NCBI GenBank assembly: GCA_028023455.1
Contig: JAQFVV010000002.1
Span: 13,392,001-13,456,000 of the forward strand
From: Epiperipatus broadwayi
Taxonomy: Eukaryota > Animalia > Onychophora
Direction: 5' to 3'
DNA length: 64,000 nt
This document shows, piece by piece, positions 27,693-41,702 of this stretch. Each line of letters begins with the position of its first letter. The first letter of the stretch is position 1. The notes under the pieces were generated by a model. The model saw nothing but the letters and a program-made list of their open reading frames with translations, did not search any database and was not told the DNA's origin. A program made the position numbers and the translations under genes.

Positions 27693-29096
27693 ATTTATTT
27701 ATTTTTGCTTTCAATGTGATAACATTAAGTCAAATTACTGTTAAACACCTAGAAATACCAAAGAATTGTTTTTCTTTTAATAGGCTTGCTTTCATTGGGT
27801 CATTTTGTATAATAGAAAAATTTATGAAGAATAATTAATTTCACATAAGAAAAATGAACTAAAAAACAATACCAATAAATTATGTGATGTAGATAAAATT
27901 GTTTTCAATTATTAAAAAGCAATTTACTCCCTGAATATTTCAATTGCACTGGCAAATTATTCATAGTCTGCATGAATCAAACGATAATAATCATAGTTCA
28001 ATAATTTTCTGATTCACAAAATTTTTTATTCCTATGAAAAAAAAAATTGTCTTTAAAAATCTATGTACATTCAAGAAACAACTTTACTCATCCGTAATCA
28101 ACTTTGTTGTCAATTTGAATGCTGAAGTTTATACAAATATCTTATTCACAATCAATTAGTAGATTTCCAGGCTTCTATCGAAAATGTAAAGATTATATTT
28201 TTGACTTCTGTAATATTATAATTTTGTTTTCAGAAAAAAAAAATTTGTCCTTTGACATTGGTATTTGCAAGTCATGTTTTCTCAATGGATTCCGATGTTT
28301 TCTACTATTATAACTTTTTTTTTTTGCCTTTTTACTAATAGTATAAATACAACTAACTTTTCTTGCAAATCTGAACCTCTATGTTTAAAGTATTGTTATC
28401 CACATTTTTTTTTTGTGATTTCTTTGTATATTATAAATATGTTTTGGTTCCCCCTTTTTAATGACTTTCATCTAAAACAAAAATATTTCTCTAGAGCATC
28501 AAGTCATTGCATTTATAATTTCAATATTTTCTGATTAGTTAGATAGAAAACAATGACAAACAACCATTGATGATCAAATACTTATTGCTTTATCTCAACT
28601 CTCATTTATCCGGATCTTTGGAGTGATTAGTGAAGATAACAATTCCCTTTTATAAAATTCACTAATTTTGAATTGAATTTCCAATCAACTAACAAACATA
28701 TCACATTATCAATAAAAAAAAATTAAAATTAATTTTAATTAATTCTTGGAATACAGGTTTATATATCTAAAGAACATTTGATAAGTCTATAATCTTAAAT
28801 TCTATAGATTTTCTTTTGCCAGACATTAAAAGGCAAGTAAACTTAAAGATTTTCATCTTAATTGCTTCTCTATCATATCTGTCAACAGATCTAACATTGG
28901 CAAGCCAGTTACATATGCAAATCAGTTATAAATTGCTATGCTTTCATAAAAAAATTATCACTTATGTCCATCTTTTTTTAATACTTGTACTTTCATCATA
29001 AAATTATTTACACTTAGCTACTTATAATTTTATGTTATTGTTGAAACATTTTTTGATATAAATACAGTACATAAAGAAAACACTTGGTAATCTTTT

Positions 29097-29373
29097 TTAT
29101 TAGACCTGCAACATAGAGCATATATTAGACTTGCTGCACCTTTCCACATTCGTATCAATCCACTGATAACTGTGTAATCTTGTGATCTGACCAAAATAAC
29201 GTGTATAATGATCTTGTACATATTTTCCACAAAATTTGGAAAAATAAAAATAAATATGTACACGGATTTTGTAGATGATATTTTCGCAAGATTTACAAAG
29301 TTATTGGCAGATTGATATGAATGTGAAAAGGCGCAGCAAGTCTAATACATGCTCCATGTTGTAGGATTAATAA
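29097..29373. repeat. Fold-back/MITE-like element, about 90-bp diverged arms plus inner tgtacatattt/aaatatgtaca pairing
   Basis: ttattagacctgcaacatagagcatatattagacttgctgcacctttccacattc / gaatgtgaaaaggcgcagcaagtctaatacatgctccatgttgtaggattaataa. Confidence 0.8.
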
Positions 29374-32300
29374 AAATAACTAAAACTATAAAAATATTAA
29401 AAACAGCATTTTAAAACAAAATTTGAGAAACAAATGGATATTAAAAAGATAATTTTAAAAACAATTTTTAAGGAACAAATGAATATTAAAAATTACCATT
29501 TTTAAAATATAAAAAATAATATTTAAAAGGATAATTTTAAAACAATTTTGAGGAAGAAATGGAGATTAAAAAAAGTATTTTTTTTTTAAAAATATTGATT
29601 TGCCATACACAAATATATACAACTTTCACACTAACAACTTTAAAATGTATAACGATATATAAATTAATATTAAAAACATTTTAAACCAAAAAAAAAAATT
29701 GATTTGCGATCTTAAATAACACCATTACACAAAAAAATGTTACTTTAAATACGCACAAAACAATCATTAAATTATAATTTTTTTAAATATTATTTACAAA
29801 AACACATAAAATATACACTACTTACCATGTAATATATAACAGAAATTGTCATGTTGAAGCCACAAATTTGACATTTACTTCTAACAACCATAAAATGGAG
29901 ATTTGAGCTGAAAAATTTCCCCCCAAAATGGAGTTTTATTGAACACGTGATTGCACAGAGTATGCCGGGATTCCCCACAGAAATGCTAATAAATGTTTTT
30001 TTTTTTTAAAAGAAACAAAAAAAAAAAAAAGAAAAAATACACAAAATAAATATAAATTATTATAAAACTTTTATTAAATATTTATCCTGTTGTCAGTAAG
30101 AAATCTGGACAATAACTGAAAATGTCAAAATATTACAAAAAAACAAAACAAAGACCCGTTGATAAACATGTTTTCACACGAGATCAAATATCATCACATG
30201 GATTATTTTTTTTCAATTTGACATCAGCACGAGATTACACATTTATTGCAGATATGAAAAGACAATCTATCTCCTCTACATTGCAGGACTAATACCAAAG
30301 TACCACATTTGCTCAATATAATTTATACTATAATTTACTATAGATTTTACTACTAATTTTTTAAATAACTGCTGTCAAATAATTACAAGACAATGAGATT
30401 TTATGCATAGATCAATAACTAATTTGGAAAAGAATTAAGACTTTCAATTTATAATTTAATCAGTTCTACTAAATGTTATGTAGAAAATATTTATATATTT
30501 ATAGAATGGAAAATATTTTGAAATTTATTTAATGTTGAATCTTCAACATTTTTTCTTGTAACTAGATTTGTTGTTAACAAATTCTAATTAACAGAATTAT
30601 ATTAAAGCAGTATCAATGCATATAATGAAAGAGAACTTGATCCAAAAATAAGTTCATTTGAATTAGGACTTTTTAGAACCTTGATTTTAATACATTAATT
30701 TTAAAAAAATAAATTAAATTTAAAATAAATAATTTAAAGTTAAAGAAATTTTTTTTTTTTTTTAAAAAAAATGAATTAAAAAAAAAATTATAGAAAGGAA
30801 ATGTTATTTTTCCAACATTTAAAAAAAATCATAATTTGTTTCTGTTTATTGTTTACATTGAAATAAAACTTGAAAATGAAAGATTTTTTTTTGTTAAATA
30901 ATAAAGATAAGAAAATACTGTACATAATCAAAATATCAACATCTTTTTAATAGATGATTCTAGAAAAAAGAACAACTTTGCATCAATAAGAAATATCTTT
31001 ATTTTTGCATTAACAATCTATTTTTTTAATAAGAGACGGATATCTCAGGCTAAAAAGTTTTATAATCAGCATTCCAATATTATTTTCTATACCTATTTTG
31101 GTATATATTGAAACTTTTTTTCATGCAATACATTATTTCTAAATAAATACTTAATCCCAAATATATATTTTAAACCGAAAAGGTCAATGGCAAATCAAAA
31201 TATATTGCATCATTTTTTTAGATAATTTTTTATATTAACAAAGAGGCATGGCATATAATTAATTCCACACATGCACTAAATATTCAAGCCAATGGTGTTC
31301 CTCTCAATAGACATTGTTGTTTAATCTGGCAATGAAAGCAGTGCTTCACATTTACCTATTATACATGCAATTATGCAAATCTTTCAAACACTGACAAGTT
31401 TAATCATTTATAGTTGGAATACCTATCACATCCTGCTAATTATCTACCAATTATGCTTTGAAATAAACATTCTGTATCAAAAGATAACTCAGCAAAATAA
31501 ACTAATTTATTTTAACCTCATTTTAGCTGGACTTATTACTTTATTATATATTAACAAAAAAAAAAATCTAAAAGACTAGAGAAGGTTGTAATTAATAAAC
31601 AATAATTTTAATTGTGTAATATATTCATTAAATTGTTGAAGATGCCGTAATTATTGAGACGCTAGAATAAAATGTGTTAAAAAGAAGATAGTTGGCAAAC
31701 TACCATCAATTATGATCAAACGTTATCATTTAGTCATTCTACTGTCTATTTACCTCAATTTGCCTTAGGTCAGGAACATTTATATGTTTAATTTTAAAAT
31801 ATTAATGAACAAAATTCAAGTATATATATTAAAGAGGAGCATTTCTTATTAATATTACTATCACCACACACAATTAACCATTCTCTTACATAACTTTGAC
31901 TTTGTCTATTTAATTATTTACTGGACTAAATTTGTTGCCATAAATGAGAAATATTTTGATAAGAATGGAGTTGGCATTGTATGAAGCATCACTATGATTC
32001 TTCTATTTATTTAACATTGGCATATATGTAAGCATAAATAATCCACTAAACACCAACTGGCATTTTAACTTAATTTGTTAACATCTAATCCCCATTATCT
32101 ATTTTTCTTTAGGTTTCTTTATGGACAAGAAAAAACTGTTTGTCATTTTAAATATAGTTTCTAATGTAATATTGTTTTAATTAAAACATTGTTAATATTT
32201 TCATTTTATGTTGATCCAATTATCTTTGGTTTTATTTTTCCTCCCATAATAATCTCATAAAAACCATATCAATTTTTTGATATTTGATACCCGTGTAAGC

Positions 32301-33489
32301 AATGTTTAACTTAAATGATTATGCCATAGGATTTTAATATTCCATCATAATATTTTTCTTAAAAAAATATTATTTTGTATCTTTTTCCTTATCTATTTAT
32401 TTAATTACTTTGTATAATTAAAGTCTTTTTTATTGATAAACTTTATTTTTTTAAAAAAACAATTAATTTGTATAAGTAAATTTGTATTTTGTTCTTTTTC
32501 TTGTTTATGTATTTAATTTAATTCTAAATTTTTTAGCTGTCTGTCAATTTAGAATCATTTGTGAAAGAAATACACATTTTATTTAATTATGTTTACATAA
32601 CACTCATTACTTTTATTTTCATTTGTAAACAAACAAAAAAACAACATACTCATTGCTTGGTATTTTCAGTAGTGGTCAGATAGCTCTCCCAAGTGTCAAT
32701 AAATTTCTTTAAAAACACCAACTATATCCCAAATTGTTTTTAGCCTTCATTAGTGGGGAATAATGGGTGCATACATTTATCTAATGGTCGGCTTTAATTC
32801 TACTATGCTATTTAAGCTAATGACTTGAAATTTCAAAAATCCTAATATTTTGAAACCAATCTGCTTATTTAGCTATTATAGATCTGATACTAGATTAGCA
32901 ATTACTTTAATAAAAGGTCCAATAAATAGTAAATAAAAGACAAATTATTTATTTGAGAAGTTAATATTTTATTAGTAGAAAAAATTACACAATATAAACA
33001 TTTCCAAATAAAAGTGTATCTTTTTAACAATAAAAACATTTGACATTAATAATTTTGTCAATTATTTTCTCCATTTTTATACTTACAAAAACACTGTAAT
33101 CCAGTATGAACTAGGTGTCTTCAAAATTAAATAATATATATTTTTATTTTTTATAAAGAACATAAATTTAAAAAAATAAATAAATATTTTCTATAAGAAA
33201 AGATCATTTCATTAAAAAAGATACATAGAATTAATCTGTTTTATTCAGTTATAGAAATAGCTATAATTGAGCACCATAATTTAATAAACTTCATTTCTAC
33301 TACATGTTTTTCTGTTTAAATATTTATGCATACTAAAAAAAAAAATACAAAGCAAAATAAAAACTGTTTCTAAAAATTTGGAAAAATATAAAAATATATT
33401 TTTTTAAAAATATACCCATATGTAAACAAGTATACATAGGCAGCCTTATTTATTTGGAGATTCACAGAAATAAAATTGCCAATCAGCTA

Positions 33490-33549
33490 CTACAATTCAG
33501 AATGTTGTCCAGCTAGTCTTTCTTGAATGTGTTGTTGTAATTTTTCAAC
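33490..33549 (-). CDS. LRPAP1: RAP/LRPAP1 terminal coding exon (VEKLQQHIQERLAGQHSEL*)
   Basis: Acceptor tttttttattttcag; 19 codons + TAG (followed by a second TAG); C-terminal HSEL matches the HNEL/HTEL ER-retention signal of RAP; phase 0 joins the 41888 donor in frame. Confidence 0.92.
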   Translation of the reverse strand, partial: VEKLQQHIQERLAGQHSEL

Positions 33550-33779
33550 CTGAAAATAAAAAAATAAACTAAACATATTATCCACAAATTTTAATAAAGT
33601 AATGATTGCTGGTATCTCATTTCTATGAAATATGTGTAAGCAAGATAAATTTAATCTTCAGTTTAATTTGAAATAATCAAAATGGAACTAATATTAATAA
33701 TAAAAAATAAAAGAATCTGTATTTAGAATACGGACATAGTGTTTACATATTAAATATTTGTTGGATAGCATACGACTTC

Positions 33780-34400
33780 CTACTTATGTAAATGTATACA
33801 TATTTCAACAATCAACATTTATTTTCCCTGAACAGGATTCTTACACTATTTTACACTACCGTCAGATGTTTTCTATTCTCTGGTGTTAGCCATGACAGTG
33901 CTATTTCTAGGTCAATTCCTAGAAATATACTGTTTCAGTGGTCTACCTCCAACCTAAGAGGCTTCTTTCTATGATAAAACACAGAAAGAGTGCTCGCGAC
34001 AGCCTCACCCAACCATTAAAACTACCTATCTTTCATTTTAATTTGAAAATATTTTCCTTAAAAGCATCACTTTCTCTCTTTTCCCTTTTTAACTTACATA
34101 GTTTCCTCCATGTTCTTCATAATTCCATTATTATCCATTCTCATTCCCAATGAAGTTTATCTTCTTTTTCTAATTTTTCCAATGGCTATTTTTTAATCAT
34201 TCAGTCTATTCAAAATATCTATAGATATTTATATTCATCCACCATAACATTCATAGCTGTACTTTAAAACATTTAATGAGTCTTAATTTCAACAATTTAT
34301 CAAATAATCTCTCTTATAAGCATGGCAATTTAAAACGTATCTGTTGACTATTCTTCAATTAACAAATTCTATAAATTTTAAAAGTACTTTATTAATGCAA
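33780..34400 (-). mobile_element. Decayed LINE 3' end with structured 3' UTR
   Basis: Minus strand resembles LINE RT C-terminus (..RMDNNGIMKNMEE..KREK..) followed by hairpins (e.g. tatttctagg-tcaatt-cctagaaata, 33902-33927) and AATAAA. Confidence 0.4.
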
Positions 34401-36481
34401 CCATTATCATAAAATTTTGCTTTATTCTCATTCCAAACTTCATACAAAATATCAGTATCATTACTTAATTAAAATTCTCTATCTGCATTGTCATATTATT
34501 AACTATCTGATGCAAAAACCTTGTCTTTCTCCAGTGAAAAATATTGTAAATCATATTGGAAATCATCATATTATGGTGAGACCAGGGCCTCTCTGTCCAT
34601 TAGGTTATCCCAACACACATACTCCTATAATAAAGCACTGGTGGACACTTCTTATAGTTCAGTTTTTGCACAGCACCGCACATCATACGGTTACGATTGC
34701 CAACCTAGAGATCCAGTGGTGGTTTGCAGAGAGTGACACAATCTCAAAAGGAAGATAAAAGAGGCTTACTTTATCACTAGAGGTAGCGATGCCATAAATA
34801 GAAAAGACTCCTGCTACAAAATATCCAGGAAATGTAATATGTAACTATCGCATTTGCATAAATTTACATCGCTCCTAATCAATTTCTTATCTATTTACAA
34901 AATGGCTATGAATATGAGGGCTCTGTCCCTTGAAAGTGCTTAGCCACTTAATTAAATATATGTATTAAAATAAAAAATATATATACATTTCTTTATTTTG
35001 TCTTCAGCTTTGTGTGCTTGTGCGTGTTAGTGCATTTTATATTTTGCACTTTGAAAAATACTTTGTAACTGTCTAAATTAAATCTTAGGAATATCTTTAA
35101 CCTATTATATAAATGTCTTAGATAATCTTCCAACTACTGGCATAGATACAAAAATTGGGCCCAAAAGCAAGTCTCAAAACTCCTTTTCCCCAAATTTCAA
35201 AATGCTACATTTTTGTTCTTATTCATTTACATTAAAATTTTTAATTATTTATTATATAAAGCAAATTAATAAATTCACCCAAAAAAAAATCATTAAGAAC
35301 TTATTTCAAGTTCCTTCTGGATGCCTTCTAATGCTCCATAGCTAGAATTGCAATATCTTTTAAGTTTCATTTGATCATCTGGATTATTTTTTGTAATCTT
35401 TTAATATTTACTAAAAGTTCTTTCAAAGCTAACAATAGTTATCAGAAATGTGTAAAACAACAGTAAATCTTATATAATTCATTGAATTTATCTTTAAACA
35501 ATTGTACTTAGTAATTAATAATTCCTAAAATTGTTTGACATTTTTTTGATAAAGTCTTTCAAAAATGATATCACCTGAATATTTTTGTGATAATCCAAAA
35601 TGTCTGCTGCTTCTGACATATCAATTTAGCTTCAGTGTTCTAAATATTTTTCTGTATAAATTGCTAAAAGTTAATTTATATTTATATTGCACAATATAGC
35701 ATTGCTGCAGCTTCATCAAGACAAAAAGATGTCTTATATAATTAATTTCACTCATCACTTTATATAAAACAATATGTAAAAAAAAACAAAGTTGAATCAT
35801 GCCATTGCCTTTTTTATTTGAAGTAATATTTTGTGTGTGTGTGGATTTTAGACTTATTTTGATTAATGACTTTACTATATTCATAAAATGCAATTTTATG
35901 GATAACCATAATCTAGTCATTCAGAGAGTTAACCATGCAGTAAATTTTAAAATTTCCATTTTTATGCTCCCTCCCCCTCCCCAAGTACTTTGATGAGTAT
36001 CAAACAACATGATAATACTTGATGACAATTTCCTTATTTGTACTATAAATACCACTGAATCATCATAACTCTGATAATCAAGATATTCCTGTTATTTAAT
36101 AACTTAAAATATTCCTTCTGCTGAATGATGTTTCCATTCCTAAAATCCAAGAAATGTCTCAAAAATTTTATTATTTGTCAGCTGTTGATTTTCATTCTGA
36201 TCTACACACATGTATATGAATTTATCTTCTTGACCAATTCTCTTCAAACTTTTATTTCTAAATATCCTATTATTTCATTCTTAAGACTCAAATATTTTAT
36301 TGAATCATATCTAATATCTAGTCAAAATAAAAGTCATAGATCAATTCATAGATCACATGACCCTATCTCTTAAGCTTGTAAGTTATAAACAGTGAGGATT
36401 GCCAATTCCTCTACAAGCTTTATGATAAATGCTTAGCCAGAGCCAGCACTTAAAATATCTCTGTCAGGAACCCCTCCCCAA

Positions 36482-36524
36482 ACCCCTGACCATGGTTTCG
36501 TGCTTTGGCACTCCTCAGAGAGGT
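36482..36524 (-). ncRNA. Canonical type I hammerhead ribozyme (sense to the RAP pre-mRNA)
   Basis: Exact reverse complement of 37108-37150; predicted cleavage between 36488 and 36487. Confidence 0.92.
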
Positions 36525-37107
36525 GTCAGGGTAGGTTCAGACACTAGATCTAAAAATACCAACCCAAAGCTAAGCACTTAGCTAAAAGTTATCTATTGAG
36601 TGGAAAAGCTGGGTTTGAAGACATGTACATGTCTGAAAATTTCAGATTTTCCACTCAATAGATAACTTCTTGGGTTGGTATTTTAGATCTAGTGTTTGAA
36701 CCTCCCTGACACTTTGAGGAGGAGGTTCCTGACAGAGATATTTTAAGTGCTGGCTCTGGCTAAGCATTTATCAAAGCAAGTTGTAGAGGAATTGGCAATC
36801 CTCACTGTTTATAACTTACAAACTTAAGAGATAGGGTCATGTGATCTATGAATTGATCTATGACTTTTATTTTGACTATTTATAGTCTCTGCCAAAAAGT
36901 CTTATGCAATTTTATATTGCTATGACTACTACTATATGGCATGGCTGAAGATCTATCAGCCCCATATAGCTATTTGAGTTGGATAGCTGGGTTTGAAGAC
37001 ATGTACATGTCTGAAAATTTCAGATTTTCCACTCAATAGATAACTTTTAGCTAAGTGCTTAGCTTTGGGTTGGTATTTTTAGATCTAGTGTCTGAACCTA
37101 CCCTGAC

Positions 37108-37150
37108 ACCTCTCTGAGGAGTGCCAAAGCACGAAACCATGGTCAGGGGT
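37108..37150 (+). ncRNA. Canonical type I hammerhead ribozyme
   Basis: ACCTCT-CTGAGGA-GTGC(CAAA)GCAC-GAAA-CCATGG-TC^AGGGGT. All core nucleotides conserved, stem I 6 bp, stem II 4 bp, palindromic stem III ACCATGGT, triplet GUC; predicted cleavage after 37144. Confidence 0.92.
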
Positions 37151-38959
37151 TTGGGGAGGGGTTCCTGACAGAGATATTTTAAGTGCTGGCTCTGGCTAAG
37201 CATTTATCATAAAGCTTGTAGAGGAATTGGCAATCCTCACTGTTTATATCTAATATCTGTTTCAGAATACTGTAGCTAGGAAACAAATGTATTGAAACTA
37301 TATATATATGCTTACCTATATATGCTTCATGCCAAATGATATCTTAAGGGAAAATAAAAATTTATTTTATTAAATTTACTAAAGGCACATGAATGTGTGT
37401 GATAAAAATAGTCATAATAGTTAGTTGAGATTAAATAAATAATTAATAATGTTTAAATGCATAACAGATTCTAGATAATTCTGGTAAAAAAACAATTTAA
37501 TTATTTAAAATTCCTTAGTATTACATTTTAATAAAGCAGGATAATTACAGGACACTGATAGTTTTCTTGTTGAAACTAATTAATAAAGATGAGAACAACT
37601 GTCTGGGTATTATCTATTTAAAGGATGATGTTTACAATATTTGGCTTTGTGATAAAAAGGGGTTAATTGATACTTAATTACTTCAAGGAATGAAAGTAAA
37701 CAAAAGGTATTCGGAGTTTGAAAAATATTCCAAAGTAATGTTAAGCTGATCAAAATTAGTATCAGCAAAAATATTTTTAATTAAAACTAATCTGGATGTC
37801 TTTTGTTGAAAAATATTATAAATACCTAGGTAAATAAAAAAACAGGATGCTTTGGGAAAAAAACTTTCAAGCTGTCTTTTGATTAAAAAAATTTCTCCAA
37901 GCTGGTCTTTTATGAGAGAATTCTTCAAGTTTGTCCACAAGATCTCCATCCACCAAGTTTTGGCTGCTAAAAGTCATATATTATGCTAACCTGTGAGTAG
38001 AAACTTGTGTCCACTTCCTCTTTGCCATCCCAGGGTAGCATGAGTTTGGAATTTCCATGGAGTTGGTGAACTGCTTCCCATTTGAAGGCAGCTGACAAGT
38101 GCACCGGTGCTGATACTCCTGTCATCATAATTGAATTCAGCCTGCTGTGCCTTCATTCAAGAAATTTTTATGTCACCCTCAGACATATGCTATTCTGAAG
38201 AACCAGCCTGTCTCCAGAATTAGGTATTAATATCTGAGAAAAGTGCCATTCAGGATCAAATGAAGGTGAACTGCATCATGAAAACTGCATGTCAACATAC
38301 CTATATGTTGCTCTTCATATCTAGCCATATTTTGAAAATCCTTTGTGATGATAATTGCAGAAACATTGAACTCTCACCATGAGATCTCTGCAATCCTATA
38401 TCGGTAAAACAATTCATGTGCATTTGATGTTTTTCTTTAATATTATACATATACATTAAACTAACCAGTATTTATTAAAAATAATCAAATATATTGCTAT
38501 ATGCAATCATTCTTAAGTCATATATATGTGTTTTTTGTAAATATATTTTCATCTCTTAAATTTTGAGAATCATTTTAAATTCCACTTCCTCATCTGGCTC
38601 AAAGATTTTTTTTTTGCCAAAAAAATAATCAGTCATACATTCTAATTAAAACTTTATTCTTGCAATTATCGATATTAGAAAACCAGAATTTTTTTAAAAC
38701 AAATATAGAAATAAGTTGAATTATAAAAACAATATTAAAAATAAGGTTAATATATATTACCTTTTTGAAGGGACAAATATATATGTCTTTTAATTTAGAT
38801 TAGCCTCATACATGTTTCATTATAATTATATATCTAAACCACAGATCTCACAAGCTACTGTATGAATATTATATTTCTTAATATGTATATGATCTCTAGA
38901 ATGAACCTTCAATTAAGCAGGAACTATTTGAATCTTTTATTGTTTTTTTAAGTATTTGT

Positions 38960-39392
38960 ATGCCCGTTTGTTCTAACTTACAATGTGGCTATTCACATTT
39001 GTTTTATTTTAATTTCTAGGCTTTAATAATTAAGAATTATCTATTGTTCATTACTTCTTTAAATAAATTGTGTTGCTGGATTATATATATATTTTGATTA
39101 ATTCATATTTTTGTCCCTCAAGCAGATGAGCATTCCTGTTTTGTGAAAATAATCATGCCAAGGTGGACATATCATATATATACTCTTATAATCTTCATTG
39201 TTGTCCTTAATTTAGCCAAATAAAGTAATACATGCCTGCTTGTTCAAACTTATAATGTGGCTATTAACATTTACAGGCTTCAATTATTAAAAAATATTTA
39301 TTATTCATTCCTTCTTTAAATATTACATTGCTGGGATATTTATATATTTTGATTAATTTTGATTTTTGTTCTGCAAGCAGATCATCATTCCT
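38960..39392. repeat. Old diverged local duplication of about 170 bp (38960-39137 vs 39232-39392)
   Basis: Shared blocks aactta(c/t)aatgtggctatt, ttctttaaata, tatattttgattaatt and aagcagat..cattcct. Confidence 0.7.
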
Positions 39393-41702
39393 TTCTGAGA
39401 ATGGATTGGCTGAGTACTCTTTGATATGGTCTCAACAAGGCAGTTCATGTGAATGAATTAATCTAATTTGAATGAAATTTAATTTAACAAAGATCATATA
39501 GCTTTTAAAAAATTTATATTTTATAACTTTTTTTTTTAAGTTACTTAAGATGTGTTTTCAAGAATGAAGTGGTGTTGATGATAAATAGTCATTCCTTGTT
39601 AAATATTAGAGATTATATGCTTCTAAGCTTATGCAGATGATGCTATGTTTATAAAAAATAGTGGCTATTCTTTGTGTCATAATAGGTATATATTTTTTAA
39701 AAGCTGAAGCATTATATAAAGAAATAAGCACAAATGTATATGTATTTAAGCCACTTGATAAACCAGCAATAGAGTATGGAATTGCTGCGGTAATACTTTG
39801 AAGATAACAGTTGTAGAAATATATTTTAAGGTTTAGACAGAGTAAATAATATTTAGAAAAGACAAGTTTAAATTTGTTGAATCATCCACTTGAGAAAACA
39901 TATTCGTGACTTTGAAAATTTTATTCCATAATAAGCGATTTTAGGTATAACAAAAGTATAACCTTTGTTATTATTTATATAGAATTAAATATAGTGGATA
40001 AAATAAACATGGTATCTCGGAATGCAGCCTCTACATGTAGAAATATTGAAATTATTTAATGTTACCTGTAAGAAGCTGGAAATAATAATTATTATCAATT
40101 ATATTCTAAATTAATAACATTATTACATTTTTTGTTTTTATTAATGCAAATAAAATTTGAATTTACTTATTGATTAAACTTGGTTTTCGTATATATTTTT
40201 AAATAAGATTATATTACTTATCATTTCTTTATTGATCACATATTAACTGTAACTTCGATAACACATATACTTAGTTTACACATACCCTGAGATATTTAAG
40301 TAAACATTTAGTTATTCAGAAGAACGATAACATTCTTGGAGAAATTAGCATCACACATTATACGTATACACATGAAAAATACTTATTAAGAGCATAAGAA
40401 ATATAAACATAGGTTTGTTCATAGTATATTTAAAATTAGGTCATCGTATTATTTTTCCATTGACTGTAGTTTGGATTCAATAAAACACTCTTTGAGGCTG
40501 AATTATATTAGTGATTGTGTTAAACAATTCTGATTTCATTTTTTTTATTCACTTACAATATTAGTGGGTGATATTAATGAAAGTTTGTATATTTAATAAA
40601 CATCTACAGCATAAATATTTTTATGAAATGTAAATTAATCGGCTTATATTTATTTTGATAAAATATTAAACAAATGAAACATACTAATTCGTCTTGCAAA
40701 ATACATCTTTATGTATTTGTTTTAGCAATATTTGTGCTATTATGGAACATTTTTTTTGTTTGAGATTTCTTGGTATTTTGTCTACAGCATGATGGCTGCA
40801 TTCTTAAAATAAAATAATAAATATAATAGGTAAATATCAGTCAAATCAAATGTAAAATATTTAATAAGGAATGTTTTATTTGCTTCTTAATATTATATGT
40901 ATATTTTTTATTATTGTTTATATTAATAAAATTTTCATTTTTATTTAATTAAACTGATTTTCCGTGATCATTCATAATTAAGTTATCACATTTTATTTAT
41001 TGTTTATTCACATCTTTATATATATATATTGTAACTGGTAATGAATTCTGTAAGAGAATTGCTGAAAACTTAAATAATATTATAAATTAATAAGATACTT
41101 GCGGAGTAAATAATTTTAATATTATATAAAGGTTTAAATATTTATTACCTATTTAAAAACATAATTTGAGTTAAAATACAATCCCTTTGTAATTTAACCT
41201 ATATTTTAATAATTTAAAGGATTTATTTGCTTACATTCTACTCCATATCTAAACCTTGAGATTCTCTATCTTTATATTCATGTATTATGTTAGCTTGCCG
41301 AAACATTAGTTAAGCATTCTGCATGTATCATTTATTTTATTATCTTTATATTTAATGGTGAATGTGTACATAATTTTAATGAATATCAATTTCCATTTGC
41401 ATGTTTATCTTACAACTATTATAGATCAATAAATTTGGTATCCTTAAATGTAAAGTTTGAATAAATTTATTTACTACTCTTTAGACCTATTATTCAATTT
41501 ATGTTGAAATCTTATTTTCGTCATTTTTTCAGTTATGCAATGAAGATCAGTAATAATCTCACTTAACCCAAAATCTTTCTTGAAACCAGCTTCTATATTT
41601 GGAAGTTTACTTTAAATATAAGGCTTTAATCTGTGTTGAATGATTTTCAGCATAATCTTATTAATATATAGTACAAGACAGTGTTTTACAAATAAAAAAT
41701 AG

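Larger units (their letters stand above)
36320..37248. mobile_element. Family D composite: inverted arm + two tandem units (378-nt period) bearing hammerheads, flanked by a 10-13 bp direct repeat
   Basis: 36384-36607 and 37025-37248 form a 224-bp inverted repeat with no mismatch seen; agctgggtttgaagacatgtacatgtc... repeats at 36607 and 36985; atatctaatatct at 36307-36319 and 37246-37258. Confidence 0.9.

Noticed and set aside
27900-28700. Possible piggyBac transposase relic on the minus strand
   Set aside because: Only vague similarity; no catalytic motif or TTAA/TIR ends resolved.
32113-32170. Good acceptor followed by short open frames (possible last exon of a plus-strand gene)
   Set aside because: No recognisable peptide and no supporting upstream exons found.
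33800-34030. Hairpin-ANANNA-hairpin-ACA arrangement sense to RAP (H/ACA snoRNA candidate)
   Set aside because: Hairpin sizes and spacing do not fit and it directly follows a LINE C-terminus; more likely a LINE 3' UTR. A snoRNA scan would settle it.
36837-36846. GTCATGTGA as an M-box/MITF-TFE transcription-factor site
   Set aside because: Fully explained as the element terminus; no evidence for regulatory use.
37950-38400. GC-richer segment resembling an RTE 5' UTR or pseudogene
   Set aside because: No diagnostic motif; not assignable.
11420-41110. (TA)n-TGTAAC starts at about 11430 and 41030 as possible LTR 5' ends
   Set aside because: No matching second LTR, primer-binding site or retroviral ORF found.
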